A stretch of DNA of 64,000 bases from Candidatus Woesearchaeota archaeon (GTDB taxonomy: Archaea; Nanobdellota; Nanobdellia; Woesearchaeales; BM511): positions 4,640 to 68,639 of the forward strand of contig PKTL01000051.1 in assembly GCA_002867475.1 (NCBI GenBank), read 5' to 3'. This document shows, one piece after another, positions 48,622 to 58,060 of the stretch (position 1 is its first letter; each line of letters opens with the position of its first letter). A program made the translations under genes and the position numbers. The notes below the pieces were generated by a model. That model did no database searches. It had not been told where the DNA came from and worked only from the letters and a program-made list of their open reading frames with translations.

Positions 48622-49838
48622 ATTGCAGCTCTGACTCCAAGCATGTCTTCACCTTTGCTTCTGTCTCGCATCCTTTCAAGGGTTGTTTGCATCTGCTTTT
48701 CTAGAAGTCTTGCAACCTCATTAGCACATTGTACAACTCCAAATTCCTCGTTTGATGCTACAAAGGTACCGAAGTCACTTGAGATTCGTGCTCTGATATA
48801 ATACATATCAACTCCACGAGTCTTTCCTTTATTCAATCTGCCTTTATGCTTCTTGACATAGATAAATGCGTGACCTTCACCAATCTGTTCCTCATGCCTT
48901 TTCAACAGTTCATCAAACTCATTTATCACTTCAGCTTTTATATGTGGTTCAAGCTCGTTTGCTTGACCTCGTAACTGGATAAATCTTTTCTGTTCTTGAG
49001 CGTGACTCACAATTGCTGCAAGTGGTTCAAGAAGATCTTTTTTCGTTACTATGCCACTAAGCTTATCTTCTGCATCAACTAATATAACACTGTTCATACT
49101 ACGTTCATGCATCAAACTTATAGCTTTTTCAACAGTATCATTAGGCATTAAAGTCCTTAACGGATATCCCATTATGCTGTCCACCCCATTATTAAGCAAG
49201 GTGCTTCTATCATCAAAATCTGCAAAGCTCATAGTATTGTTTGATACTAAAACTTTTGTAACAATATCATGCTTTGAGACTATACCTACAGGTTTTCCAT
49301 CCTTTACAACAGGAACCCTGCTTATAGCTGCTTCATTGAATAAGTGCATCACAGTTGCAATTTTTTCATCAGCTTGCACTATTCTTGGTGCACCTGACAT
49401 GAATCTTCTTATTGGAAGATCACCTATATTTGTAGCTTCAATTGATTTCATCAAAACATCATTTGCTGTTACGATTCCAAGTATTGATTCCCCATCAAAA
49501 ACTGGAAGATGTTTCATATTGCTATCAAGCATTAGCTTTGCAGCATGGAATATGTCTGTGTCTTTTTCTAGCTTTGGTGCTTTAACTGCTAGATTCTTAA
49601 CTTTTGTATGATCTGATTGATTTCCACTTCTAAAAATTATACGTTCTGTAACTACCCCCACATATCGGTTCTCGTCGTCAAAGACTAGTAATGTCCTTGG
49701 ACGCGTATCTTTAGCGAATTTTGCAACAGCATCCTTTACTGTCTCATCGCTCTGTATGGTGTCATATTCTACTTTAACTAATTCATCAATTTTGTGTTCC
49801 ATACTTACTACCTCTCTAAAAGCTGATCGCTTTTTCAA
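48618..49838 (-). CDS. four-CBS-domain protein with a C-terminal HPF/RaiA (ribosome hibernation factor)-like domain
   Basis: Four CBS repeats; the C-terminal ~100 aa (RFIQLRGQANELEPHIKAEVINEFDELLKR...HAFIYV...MYYIRARISSDFGTFVASNEEFGVVQCANEVARLLEKQ) follow the HPF beta-alpha-beta-beta-beta-alpha pattern. Confidence 0.45.
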   Translation of the reverse strand: MKKRSAFREVVSMEHKIDELVKVEYDTIQSDETVKDAVAKFAKDTRPRTLLVFDDENRYVGVVTERIIFRSGNQSDHTKVKNLAVKAPKLEKDTDIFHAAKLMLDSNMKHLPVFDGESILGIVTANDVLMKSIEATNIGDLPIRRFMSGAPRIVQADEKIATVMHLFNEAAISRVPVVKDGKPVGIVSKHDIVTKVLVSNNTMSFADFDDRSTLLNNGVDSIMGYPLRTLMPNDTVEKAISLMHERSMNSVILVDAEDKLSGIVTKKDLLEPLAAIVSHAQEQKRFIQLRGQANELEPHIKAEVINEFDELLKRHEEQIGEGHAFIYVKKHKGRLNKGKTRGVDMYYIRARISSDFGTFVASNEEFGVVQCANEVARLLEKQMQTTLERMRDRSKGEDMLGVRAAI

Positions 49839-50094
49839 TATCTTGCCTGCAAACAGGACAAATTAAAATCTCTGTCTTTATTCTTTCTCCACAATTTGGA
49901 CAAAGCCTCGTTCCTTCATACTCTTTTGTAGGATGATCTAACTCTTCATCATATCCTTTCAAGAAAGCTTCTTCAAAATCGGTTATCTCATCACCATCCA
50001 TTAGTTCATCGACAACTTGCTTGTCATATATATCTTCTTCGAAATCTTCTTCATAGAATTCCTTATCTTCCATCTGTTCTCTCATCTCTATCAC
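49816..50094 (-). CDS. acidic protein with a C-terminal zinc ribbon
   Basis: CPNCG...CPVCRQD; 23-nt overlap with the CBS-HPF gene. Confidence 0.4.
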   Translation of the reverse strand: MIEMREQMEDKEFYEEDFEEDIYDKQVVDELMDGDEITDFEEAFLKGYDEELDHPTKEYEGTRLCPNCGERIKTEILICPVCRQDIEKAISF

Positions 50095-50182
50095 CCACCC
50101 TATATATGTAATTTATTATTTATATAGTTAGTGTTTAAGAAATGGGAAGATTATAACAAAAAAGAAAAAAGAATATTAAAAA

Positions 50183-50893
50183 TTAAGCTTCAACTTCAAT
50201 TATGTTGGAAGAATTATCAACCATGCCCGAGTTTATCTTGCACCTTTCGAAAAGATTTGACAATAGATTAAAGCATTTCTGGCTGTCTTTTCCATCGACT
50301 ATAATATTAATCTCTTCGCCACAACTATGAGCTTGTACAAAATTTATATGGTTCATTGAAAGCTCATTGACCAAGGTTAAAAGAACTCCTGGAGTTTCTC
50401 TTGATTCAAATGGCATTGCAATAATGAACTCAGATAAGCCTTTATGACTTCTAATTATCTTTCCATGGAATAGATCAAATATTTTATCTAGATTTATTTC
50501 TTCAACAATTGCGTGAAGAACCGTATGTCCTTTAATTAACCGAAATAAGTCATTATTATTATATACTTCATTGATCTTGAATGATTTATTTATAAGATGT
50601 AATGTTGATTCATCTTTTTTGAATTCTAACTTGACCATGTTGCTTCTTACATGAAGATATGATTTTGCTAAGATATCTTGTGCACTATGGAAAAGATTGC
50701 TTTCTTTTTTTGATCTTTTAAGCCGCCTTATTGCAGTTCTCAAGGATTCATGCTTTATGTCTTCTCCTGGATTATTATTCATTATGTGCTTTGCAAGACT
50801 TGTTGCACTAATTAAGTTCCTTTCGAAACCTATTTTTAGTACTGGGTCGTCTTCAAGTGCTTTTTTTATTAGGTAATTCATGTTTTGTTCCAT
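50183..50893 (-). CDS. putative regulator with a C-terminal ACT-like domain
   Basis: C-terminal GVLLTLVNELSMNHINFVQAHS ACT-like pattern. Confidence 0.35.
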   Translation of the reverse strand: MEQNMNYLIKKALEDDPVLKIGFERNLISATSLAKHIMNNNPGEDIKHESLRTAIRRLKRSKKESNLFHSAQDILAKSYLHVRSNMVKLEFKKDESTLHLINKSFKINEVYNNNDLFRLIKGHTVLHAIVEEINLDKIFDLFHGKIIRSHKGLSEFIIAMPFESRETPGVLLTLVNELSMNHINFVQAHSCGEEINIIVDGKDSQKCFNLLSNLFERCKINSGMVDNSSNIIEVEA

Positions 50894-51125
50894 TTTACAT
50901 CACCGTTGTTATCATTTAGTGGTAAAAAAATAAACTAATATATAAATATTTCGGTTTTTTCACTACTTTTTGGTACTAACTGACCCAAAAATAGCAAATT
51001 TTAACGATTTTCACCACCAATTTAGGTTCAACAAGCTTTAGATTGGTACAAACGATTCAAAAACGGAGCAAGCATTTATATATTTGGTTTGTTATTACTA
51101 CTAGATAACAACATAAGAGGTTATT

Positions 51126-51596
51126 ATGGTACACAACATAAACAAGAAAGATATACAAATAATATCTCACTTAAGAGAAGATGCAAGAATGAGTTTGACT
51201 CAGATGAGCAAAAGCACAAGAATTCCTGTTAGCACAATCTTTGATAGGATCAAAAGCAACGATTTCATAGTGAAACACACAGCACTTCTAGATTTTGCTA
51301 AACTTGGATATTTTACAAGAGCAAACATATCCATAAAAGTAGACAGAGAAGATAAAGAAGAATTAAAAAAATTCTTGCTAAAAAATAATCATGTGAACTC
51401 ATTATATAGAATAAATGATAACTTTGATTTTTTGATAGAAGGAATCTTTATACACATAAGCGATATGGAAGAATTTATTGATATGATGGAATCAAGATTC
51501 AAGATAATAGAGAAAAAAACACAATATATCCTTGAAGATATAAAAAGAGAAGGATTCATGTCAACCATGAACTACCCCTTCATCAATTCTCAATAA
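51126..51596 (+). CDS. Lrp/AsnC family transcriptional regulator
   Basis: N-terminal HTH (DIQIISHLREDARMSLTQMSKSTRIPVSTIFDRI) plus a RAM domain. Confidence 0.6.
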   Translation: MVHNINKKDIQIISHLREDARMSLTQMSKSTRIPVSTIFDRIKSNDFIVKHTALLDFAKLGYFTRANISIKVDREDKEELKKFLLKNNHVNSLYRINDNFDFLIEGIFIHISDMEEFIDMMESRFKIIEKKTQYILEDIKREGFMSTMNYPFINSQ

Positions 51597-51712
51597 ACAT
51601 CTGATTAAATTTAGTAAAGTTTAAAAACAAAAGATAAATTCTTTTTCAAATTAGGTGTTTATGTCCAGAATAGCAATGCTGTTGCTGGTATTCATTTACA
51701 AACAATGGCACC

Positions 51713-51727
51713 GCCCAGGTCGCATAG
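51713..51727 (+). repeat. 15-nt duplicate of the tRNA 5' end (GCCCAGGTCGCATAG) lying 80 nt upstream of the tRNA
   Basis: Exact match to 51793..51807. Confidence 0.5.
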
Positions 51728-51792
51728 CTCACGACCTTTTAATAAAGCTCGAGCAAAACAAGGCGAGTTAAAACTCACCATTTGGCGTTCAT

Positions 51793-51953
51793 GCCCAGGT
51801 CGCATAGTCTGGTATTGCGCAGACACAAATGAAAACATTTTCTTTGTGGCGTAAGATTGCTAAGTACTACGTCAGTGCTTATGATAACCTGACTATATCC
51901 GCAAGGATCCTGTCCCATCGGGATCATGGGTTCAAATCCCATCCTGGGCGCCA
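51793..51953 (+). tRNA. tRNA gene (161 nt) with long non-canonical intron(s), a class-II-like extra arm, and encoded CCA; anticodon not assigned
   Basis: 5' GCCCAGG pairs with 3' CCTGGGC followed by G and CCA; T-arm ATGGG-TTCAAAT-CCCAT; D-loop AGTCTGGTA; extra hairpin ATCC-GCAA-GGAT. Confidence 0.6.
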
Positions 51954-52028
51954 TTTTTTATTCTTGATAAAATAATATTTAGAAACAAATAGACTAAAGA
52001 AAATAAAAAAATAAAATAAATTAGTTCT

Positions 52029-52850
52029 TTATGCTTTATGCAGATGCACGTCCATTTGTGGATAAGGTATTCCGATTCCTTTTTTATCGAACTCTTCTTT
52101 CACTGATTCGGTGATGTCGAAGTAGACTCCCCAGTAATCTGCACTTTCAACCCAAGCTCTAACCTTGAAATTGACAGAATTATCTCCAAGTTCAGCAACC
52201 CGTATGAATGGTTCTGGATCTTTCAAAACTTTCTTATGCTTTGAGACAATATCTGTTAGAATCTTTTTTGCATCTTTCATATTATCATCATAACCGATAC
52301 CAAAAACAAGGTCAACTCTTCTTCTTTTCTCTCTTGAAAAATTAGTTATATTACCATTTGCAAGAGCACCGTTAGGTATTATTATTGTCTTGTTGTCTGG
52401 CGTTAGAAGTGTTGTTGTGAATATCTGTATCGCTTCTACAGTTCCACTCTCACCTTGTGCTGTTATGAATTCCCCTTTAGCGATCGGTCTAAAAAGTAGT
52501 ATCAGTACTCCTCCTGCAAAGTTTGAAAGACTCCCTTGTAATGCTAAGCCTACTGCGAAACCCATAGCAGCAAGGACTGCAACAAATGAAGCAGTCTCGA
52601 CTCCTAACATTCCAATAATAGCAATAAATAATATTACTTTCAATAATGCATTTGTCAAGCTTAACAAAAATCCTTTCAATGTTGGTTCTACTTTTTTCCT
52701 TGTTAGACCTTTGCCCATCCCTTTAGTCAACAATCTAATTATCCATAATCCTATAATCAGAGTGATTATTGCAAGGATAACTTTTGGTATGTAGACTAGG
52801 GCAAGATCTGTCATTTTTGTAATGATTGTATTTAAATCCATCTTTTTCAC
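52029..52850 (-). CDS. MscS-family small-conductance mechanosensitive channel
   Basis: Three TM helices plus the conserved MscS beta-domain (…GSLSNFAGGVLILLFRP…). Confidence 0.75.
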   Translation of the reverse strand: MKKMDLNTIITKMTDLALVYIPKVILAIITLIIGLWIIRLLTKGMGKGLTRKKVEPTLKGFLLSLTNALLKVILFIAIIGMLGVETASFVAVLAAMGFAVGLALQGSLSNFAGGVLILLFRPIAKGEFITAQGESGTVEAIQIFTTTLLTPDNKTIIIPNGALANGNITNFSREKRRRVDLVFGIGYDDNMKDAKKILTDIVSKHKKVLKDPEPFIRVAELGDNSVNFKVRAWVESADYWGVYFDITESVKEEFDKKGIGIPYPQMDVHLHKA

Positions 52851-52952
52851 CCAATATATTTATTAAGAAAACTATTAATGTTTAATATTTAAATTTTTGT
52901 TTTAATAACAAGCAAAAGAAAAATTTATAATGAAAATGATCTAAAAAAAATT

Positions 52953-53630
52953 ATGGATTTCAAGACAATCATCTCTAGTCTAGATAATTTTAAGAAATTT
53001 ATTCCAATAATCCTTATTTTATTAACATTCTTCATACTCATATCAATAGTCATTTATGCAAGGAATAAAAGAACCAAAAAGATAAAAGAAATAGCTGAAA
53101 GCAAAGGATATAAGTTTACATTAAAATCAAATGAGATAGATAAAAGATTTCATTTAGATTTTCTAGAAATAAGCTTTAATACGAGATTTAAAAATATAGT
53201 CGAATTCAAACAAAAAAATCATAAAGTGCTTATATGTGATTACATTTATAGTGTGGGAAGAAGCTCAAGAACACAAACTATTGCAATAATCACTAATTTT
53301 AAAGCTCCGGATTTTAATCTCACTATTGAAAATTCAAGAAATAGATTATGGGATAAATTTTCTAATGAAGATATTGATTTTGAGGATGATGAATTATTTT
53401 CTTATAATTTTAGATTGATAAGTGAATATGAAAAAAGAACAAGAAACTTTTTTGATTCATCATTGAGGCAATTTTTACTTAATCATAAACAGGATTATAA
53501 GATGAAAAACAACAATCTTATGATCTATAAATATTACAAAGTTATCCCATTTAAGGAATTTGAGGAATACCTAATAACTCTAAATGAAATAATAGCTCGT
53601 TTTGAAAAAGACCAAGTAGAATTATACTAA
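52953..53630 (+). CDS. hypothetical N-terminally anchored protein
   Basis: TM helix followed by a 190-aa domain. Confidence 0.3.
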   Translation: MDFKTIISSLDNFKKFIPIILILLTFFILISIVIYARNKRTKKIKEIAESKGYKFTLKSNEIDKRFHLDFLEISFNTRFKNIVEFKQKNHKVLICDYIYSVGRSSRTQTIAIITNFKAPDFNLTIENSRNRLWDKFSNEDIDFEDDELFSYNFRLISEYEKRTRNFFDSSLRQFLLNHKQDYKMKNNNLMIYKYYKVIPFKEFEEYLITLNEIIARFEKDQVELY

Positions 53631-53716
53631 AACTCCAGATTATGAGTATTTGCTCTTCAATATTATTTCACTGCAAAAAGTAAATTATTTAAACTGGCAA
53701 ACTCAATTATTCTGTT

Positions 53717-55183
53717 ATGGCAACAGAAAAAGAACTTCTAAAATCATTAAATGATAAGCAAAAGGCTTATGTCGACTTAAAGCTCAAAAATCCTAAAAAT
53801 GGAGAATACATGTTAGGTGTTTTCCATATGCTCCCTGGTGGGGATTTGAACATGCTTCAAGCAGCAGCAGAAATCGCTGCAGAAAGCAGTACAGGAACCA
53901 ATTTTAAGGTTCAAACCGAAACCCCTTTCAGTAGAGAGATGAACGCACTTGTTTACAAACTTGATCTAAAGAAAGATCTTGTTTGGATAGCTTATCCTTG
54001 GAGGCTTTTTGATAGGATTGGTAATGTTCAAAACATCCTAACATATATTGTTGGTAATGTGCTTGGTATGAAAGAAGTCAATGCATTGAAATTACTTGAT
54101 GTATGGTTTCCGCCAGCTTTTTTAGAACAGTATGATGGTCCTAGCTATACTATTGATGATATGAGAAAATATTTGGATGTTTATGATAGGCCGATTTTAG
54201 GAACAATAGTTAAGCCAAAGATGGGACTAACAAGTGCTGAATACGCAGAAGTTGCATATGATTTTTGGGTTGGCGGAGGAGACTTTGTTAAAAATGATGA
54301 ACCTCAAGCAGACCAAGATTTTTGCCCATATGACAAAATGGTAAAACATGTTAAGGAAGCTATGGATAAAGCTGTTAAAGAAACTGGAAAAAAGAAAGTC
54401 CATTCATTTAATGTTTCAGCAAGTGATTTTGATACTATGATTAAAAGATGTGAAATGATAATTAGTGCAGGTTTTGAACCAGGTAGTTTTGCTTTTTTAA
54501 TTGATGGGATAACTGCTGGTTGGATGGCTGTTCAGACACTTAGAAGAAGATATCCAAATGTTTTTATTCATTTCCATAGAGCGGCTCATGGAGCATTTAC
54601 TAGACCTGAAAATCCTTTTGGTTTTAGTGTTTTAGTTCTCTCAAAATTTGCTAGACTCGCTGGTGCTAGCGGCATCCACACAGGCACTGCAGGCGTTGGT
54701 AAAATGGCTGGAACCCCAACAGAAGACATCACCGCAGCACATAATATTTTGAAATTTGTTAGTGACGGTCATTTTTTCAATCAGGAATGGGCAAAAGTTC
54801 CAGAAAATGATGAAGATGCAATAAAAATTGTTCATGAAGATGAAGCGCACCACATAATACTTGAAGATGATAGTTGGAGAGGAATGAAAAAATGCTGCCC
54901 TATAATTTCGGGCGGACTTAACCCAACTCTTTTGAAGCCTTTTATTGATGTTATGGGTAGCACTGACTTCATAACCACAATGGGTGCTGGTTGTCATGCT
55001 CATCCTAAAGGCACTAAGTCAGGGGCTGCTGCTCTTGTTCAATCATGCGAAGCATATCTTAAAGGTATAAGCATTGAGGAATATGCTAAGACCCATAATG
55101 AATTGAAAAAAGCTATAGATTTTTTCTCAAAAAAGAAAAATAAAAGTGTTGAGCAAGCTGAGAAAACTGAAAGTAGTAGCTAA
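53717..55183 (+). CDS. rbcL: ribulose-1,5-bisphosphate carboxylase/oxygenase large subunit, form III (archaeal)
   Basis: GVFHMLPGG..., GGDFVKNDE, catalytic-Lys region, GGLNP motifs; Lys-rich C-terminal extension. Confidence 0.9.
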   Translation: MATEKELLKSLNDKQKAYVDLKLKNPKNGEYMLGVFHMLPGGDLNMLQAAAEIAAESSTGTNFKVQTETPFSREMNALVYKLDLKKDLVWIAYPWRLFDRIGNVQNILTYIVGNVLGMKEVNALKLLDVWFPPAFLEQYDGPSYTIDDMRKYLDVYDRPILGTIVKPKMGLTSAEYAEVAYDFWVGGGDFVKNDEPQADQDFCPYDKMVKHVKEAMDKAVKETGKKKVHSFNVSASDFDTMIKRCEMIISAGFEPGSFAFLIDGITAGWMAVQTLRRRYPNVFIHFHRAAHGAFTRPENPFGFSVLVLSKFARLAGASGIHTGTAGVGKMAGTPTEDITAAHNILKFVSDGHFFNQEWAKVPENDEDAIKIVHEDEAHHIILEDDSWRGMKKCCPIISGGLNPTLLKPFIDVMGSTDFITTMGAGCHAHPKGTKSGAAALVQSCEAYLKGISIEEYAKTHNELKKAIDFFSKKKNKSVEQAEKTESSS

Positions 55184-55373
55184 TAACAATTTATACTTAC
55201 AGCAAGTAAGTCTAAAGTCGCGTAATCGCAACTTTTATACAAACAGAGCCAAGCTCTGTGTATTATCTTTCCATTTGGAAAGATTTATATCGTCAAATTA
55301 GCTATTTCTGATTTGGATTTAAAAGTTTGTTTTAGAAACTTTTATAAAGAAACCAGATTTCCTAACTCATAAA

Positions 55374-55754
55374 ATGGTTATTATTCAATCTAAAAGTAAA
55401 AAAAAACCTAGTGGTGCTAGAAATACTACTCATCAGAAAAAAAGATCTTATGAGAAAGGTAGCAGCCCTACACTTCCTAAAGTTGGTGCTGTCAAGAAAA
55501 GAGTTGACAGAACTATTGGTGGAAATGAAAAAGTTAAGCTGTTACAGGCTGAAATTGCTAATGTTCTTAATCCTAAGACTAAAAAATATTCTAAGATGAA
55601 AATCCTTAGCGTGGTTGAAAATCCTGCTAATAGACATTATGTTAGAAGGAACATCTTGACTAAAGGTACAGTTTTTGCAACTGATAAAGGTAACGCAAAG
55701 GTTACTAATAAGCCAGGTCAGGAAGGAACTGTTAATGCTGTTTTTTTAGAATAA
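55374..55754 (+). CDS. rps8e: 30S ribosomal protein S8e
   Basis: KKPSGAR...KVKLLQAEIANVLNPKTKK...; 126 aa. Confidence 0.8.
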   Translation: MVIIQSKSKKKPSGARNTTHQKKRSYEKGSSPTLPKVGAVKKRVDRTIGGNEKVKLLQAEIANVLNPKTKKYSKMKILSVVENPANRHYVRRNILTKGTVFATDKGNAKVTNKPGQEGTVNAVFLE

Positions 55755-55832
55755 TTCTTTTATTTTTCTTCAAATATTTTTTATTTATAGCTATAATGCA
55801 ATAGTTTATATGTAACTTTTATTTTTTATCTT

Positions 55833-56618
55833 GTGATGTTGGATAAAAAGATTAGAAATCTTAGGAAATGTTATAATTTTATATCTCAAAACGAATTTGA
55901 GCTTGCAGTCAATAATCTATTCAACTCAAAAAAGACTGATGGGATGGATACTTTGTTTGATATGGATCATTCCCATTATTATATTTGTGAAAATCTTGAA
56001 AATTATTTGTTGAAAGGAAGAATTGTTGGAAACTTTGAAAGAGTTATTTCTACAAAGCGTTTTCAAATACCTCCTAAATATCTTAATCGTCTCCCTTATT
56101 TTGGAGTTAAATCCCAATTAGAGACTAAAGATAAACAAGATGAAAAGAAACCTTTGATATCTTATTTTTGTAATGGTTTAGAGAATAGTTATCCTTCAAA
56201 AGAGCTTCTTATGCATCTTTCCCCTATAGAAATAATATCTTTATTCTCAATGGTTGGAAAATGGAAAGAAGATATGGATGGAAAAGAATCTAAAGATATT
56301 TTAACTAAAACTAAAGCTAGTGATGCCCTTACTACATTTATTCATGCAGGTTATGACAGTGGTATAAAAAATCATTATGAATATTTTCCCATATCTGATA
56401 TGAAAGATATAAGACAAGGATTTATAGATAGGGTTGAACAGGTTACTCATAACCTTATATCTATTAAAGCACTTCAAGAGTTTAAGGAAAGCCTTTATGA
56501 AAAACAAGTTAGAGATTATAGCGGACTAGATACTGATAAACAGTTGAATAATATCTATTTAAAGCTTGGAAAACTAGATCTGACAAGTAATAACCACCAA
56601 TTAGTGATAACAGAATAG
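55833..56618 (+). CDS. hypothetical protein (paralog A)
   Basis: 261 aa; shares a segment pattern (…TFIHAGYDSGIKNHYEYF…) with the next ORF. Confidence 0.4.
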   Translation: MMLDKKIRNLRKCYNFISQNEFELAVNNLFNSKKTDGMDTLFDMDHSHYYICENLENYLLKGRIVGNFERVISTKRFQIPPKYLNRLPYFGVKSQLETKDKQDEKKPLISYFCNGLENSYPSKELLMHLSPIEIISLFSMVGKWKEDMDGKESKDILTKTKASDALTTFIHAGYDSGIKNHYEYFPISDMKDIRQGFIDRVEQVTHNLISIKALQEFKESLYEKQVRDYSGLDTDKQLNNIYLKLGKLDLTSNNHQLVITE

Positions 56619-56653
56619 AAAGATTTATATAATATTAAATCGATAAAAACACT

Positions 56654-57334
56654 ATGGAAACTGAAAAATTTGAAAGAATCGACGAATTGCTTTCACAAAT
56701 TTCAGAAAAAACTTATCTTAGAGCAGAAGATGATCTCTTAAAAATAGGTATTAACCCCCACATAGATATTGATTCTTTAGAACAAAAATTAGAAGAAGAA
56801 ATAGTAAAAACACCAAGATCAGAACCTGAAAAAGTGTTAAAGAATTATGGTCTCACACATGATTATTTAAGTAATTGTGAAAAGAAAAATTTCTTAAAAG
56901 AAACATATCTTGGATTGATGAATATTTCAACAAACCATGATCTTCTCTCAAATCTCAACCCTACCGAAGTAATAGCTCTTGGTTATGCTGCTTATAAACT
57001 AAAAAAAGATTCCAGCTTCAATGAAAAAATACAAAATGAAGCTAGAGGAGAAAATGCTTCTAAAACCATAGCAAAAATTATCGGAACAGGATATGAAAAT
57101 GGGAACATACTAAATTTTTTAAAAATAGATCCAAAGCCACATAGCACAGATAGTGGATCACTTGTTAAAAGACTCCATGAGAATGTTGGTTGTAAGACAT
57201 TAAAAGATCTAGCAACAAGCTTATTTAGACCTTACAGAGAAATACATGACAATCATGAAGATAGTATAAGCCCTAAATGGTATAGGATGGGAATAAATAA
57301 GATTGCAAGTTCAGCATATAATACCCGAAAATAA
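56654..57334 (+). CDS. hypothetical protein (paralog B)
   Basis: 226 aa; …KIIGTGYENGNILNFLKI…. Confidence 0.4.
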   Translation: METEKFERIDELLSQISEKTYLRAEDDLLKIGINPHIDIDSLEQKLEEEIVKTPRSEPEKVLKNYGLTHDYLSNCEKKNFLKETYLGLMNISTNHDLLSNLNPTEVIALGYAAYKLKKDSSFNEKIQNEARGENASKTIAKIIGTGYENGNILNFLKIDPKPHSTDSGSLVKRLHENVGCKTLKDLATSLFRPYREIHDNHEDSISPKWYRMGINKIASSAYNTRK

Positions 57335-57346
57335 TAAAAATTATCA

Positions 57347-58048
57347 ATGTTTAATAATATATTCATGGATAAGATTAATAAAATATTTAACAGATTATTT
57401 GCTCACTTTGGCCCTCTTGGTTGGTGGCCAGTAACACGACATAATCCCTATCCTGAATATCTTGGTGGCCCAATCAATGATAAAGAGCGTTTTGAAATTG
57501 TGATCGGTGCAATCCTAACGCAAAACACGACTTGGAAGAATGTTGAGAAAGCACTCATAAATTTAAACAAAAAAAATCTTTTTAATCCTAAAAAAATCAT
57601 CGACATATCTAAAGAAGAGCTTGGAGAAATCATTCGATCCGCAGGATATTATAATCAAAAATCAAAGAAATTGAAAGAAATATCCCAATTTATCATTGAT
57701 AACAAGAATCTAGAAAAATTAGAAGTTTCTACTCTTAGAGAAAAGCTTCTTGAAATTAAAGGAGTTGGTCCTGAAACGGGTGATTCCATTGTTCTTTATG
57801 CTTTCAATAAGCCTACATCTGTGGTTGATACATACACTAAAAGAATATTTAGTAGGATTGGTCTAATGGATGAAAAAAGATCTTATGAGGATTTTAAGCT
57901 ATTTCAAGAAGAAAATTTTTCAGTTGAGCCTTACAAATTACAAGAGCTTCATGCTCTTTTGGTTGAGCATGCAAAAGAATTCTGCACTAAAAATAATCCT
58001 GATTGCATGATGTGTCCATTATATGAATTATGCGATAAAAATTATTAA
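57347..58048 (+). CDS. HhH-GPD superfamily DNA glycosylase (EndoIII-like, with a C-terminal Fe-S Cys cluster)
   Basis: HhH motif LLEIKGVGPETGDSIVLYAF, catalytic Asp region VDTYTKR, C-x5-C-x2-C-x5-C. Confidence 0.7.
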   Translation: MFNNIFMDKINKIFNRLFAHFGPLGWWPVTRHNPYPEYLGGPINDKERFEIVIGAILTQNTTWKNVEKALINLNKKNLFNPKKIIDISKEELGEIIRSAGYYNQKSKKLKEISQFIIDNKNLEKLEVSTLREKLLEIKGVGPETGDSIVLYAFNKPTSVVDTYTKRIFSRIGLMDEKRSYEDFKLFQEENFSVEPYKLQELHALLVEHAKEFCTKNNPDCMMCPLYELCDKNY

Positions 58049-58060
58049 AAAAAATAAAAC

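Noticed and set aside
49051-49611. 186-aa plus-strand ORF inside the CBS-HPF gene
   Set aside because: It is antisense to four well-formed CBS repeats and has Ser/Leu-rich low-complexity composition.
52390-52794. 134-aa plus-strand ORF inside the MscS gene
   Set aside because: It is antisense to the MscS channel, so it is a shadow ORF.
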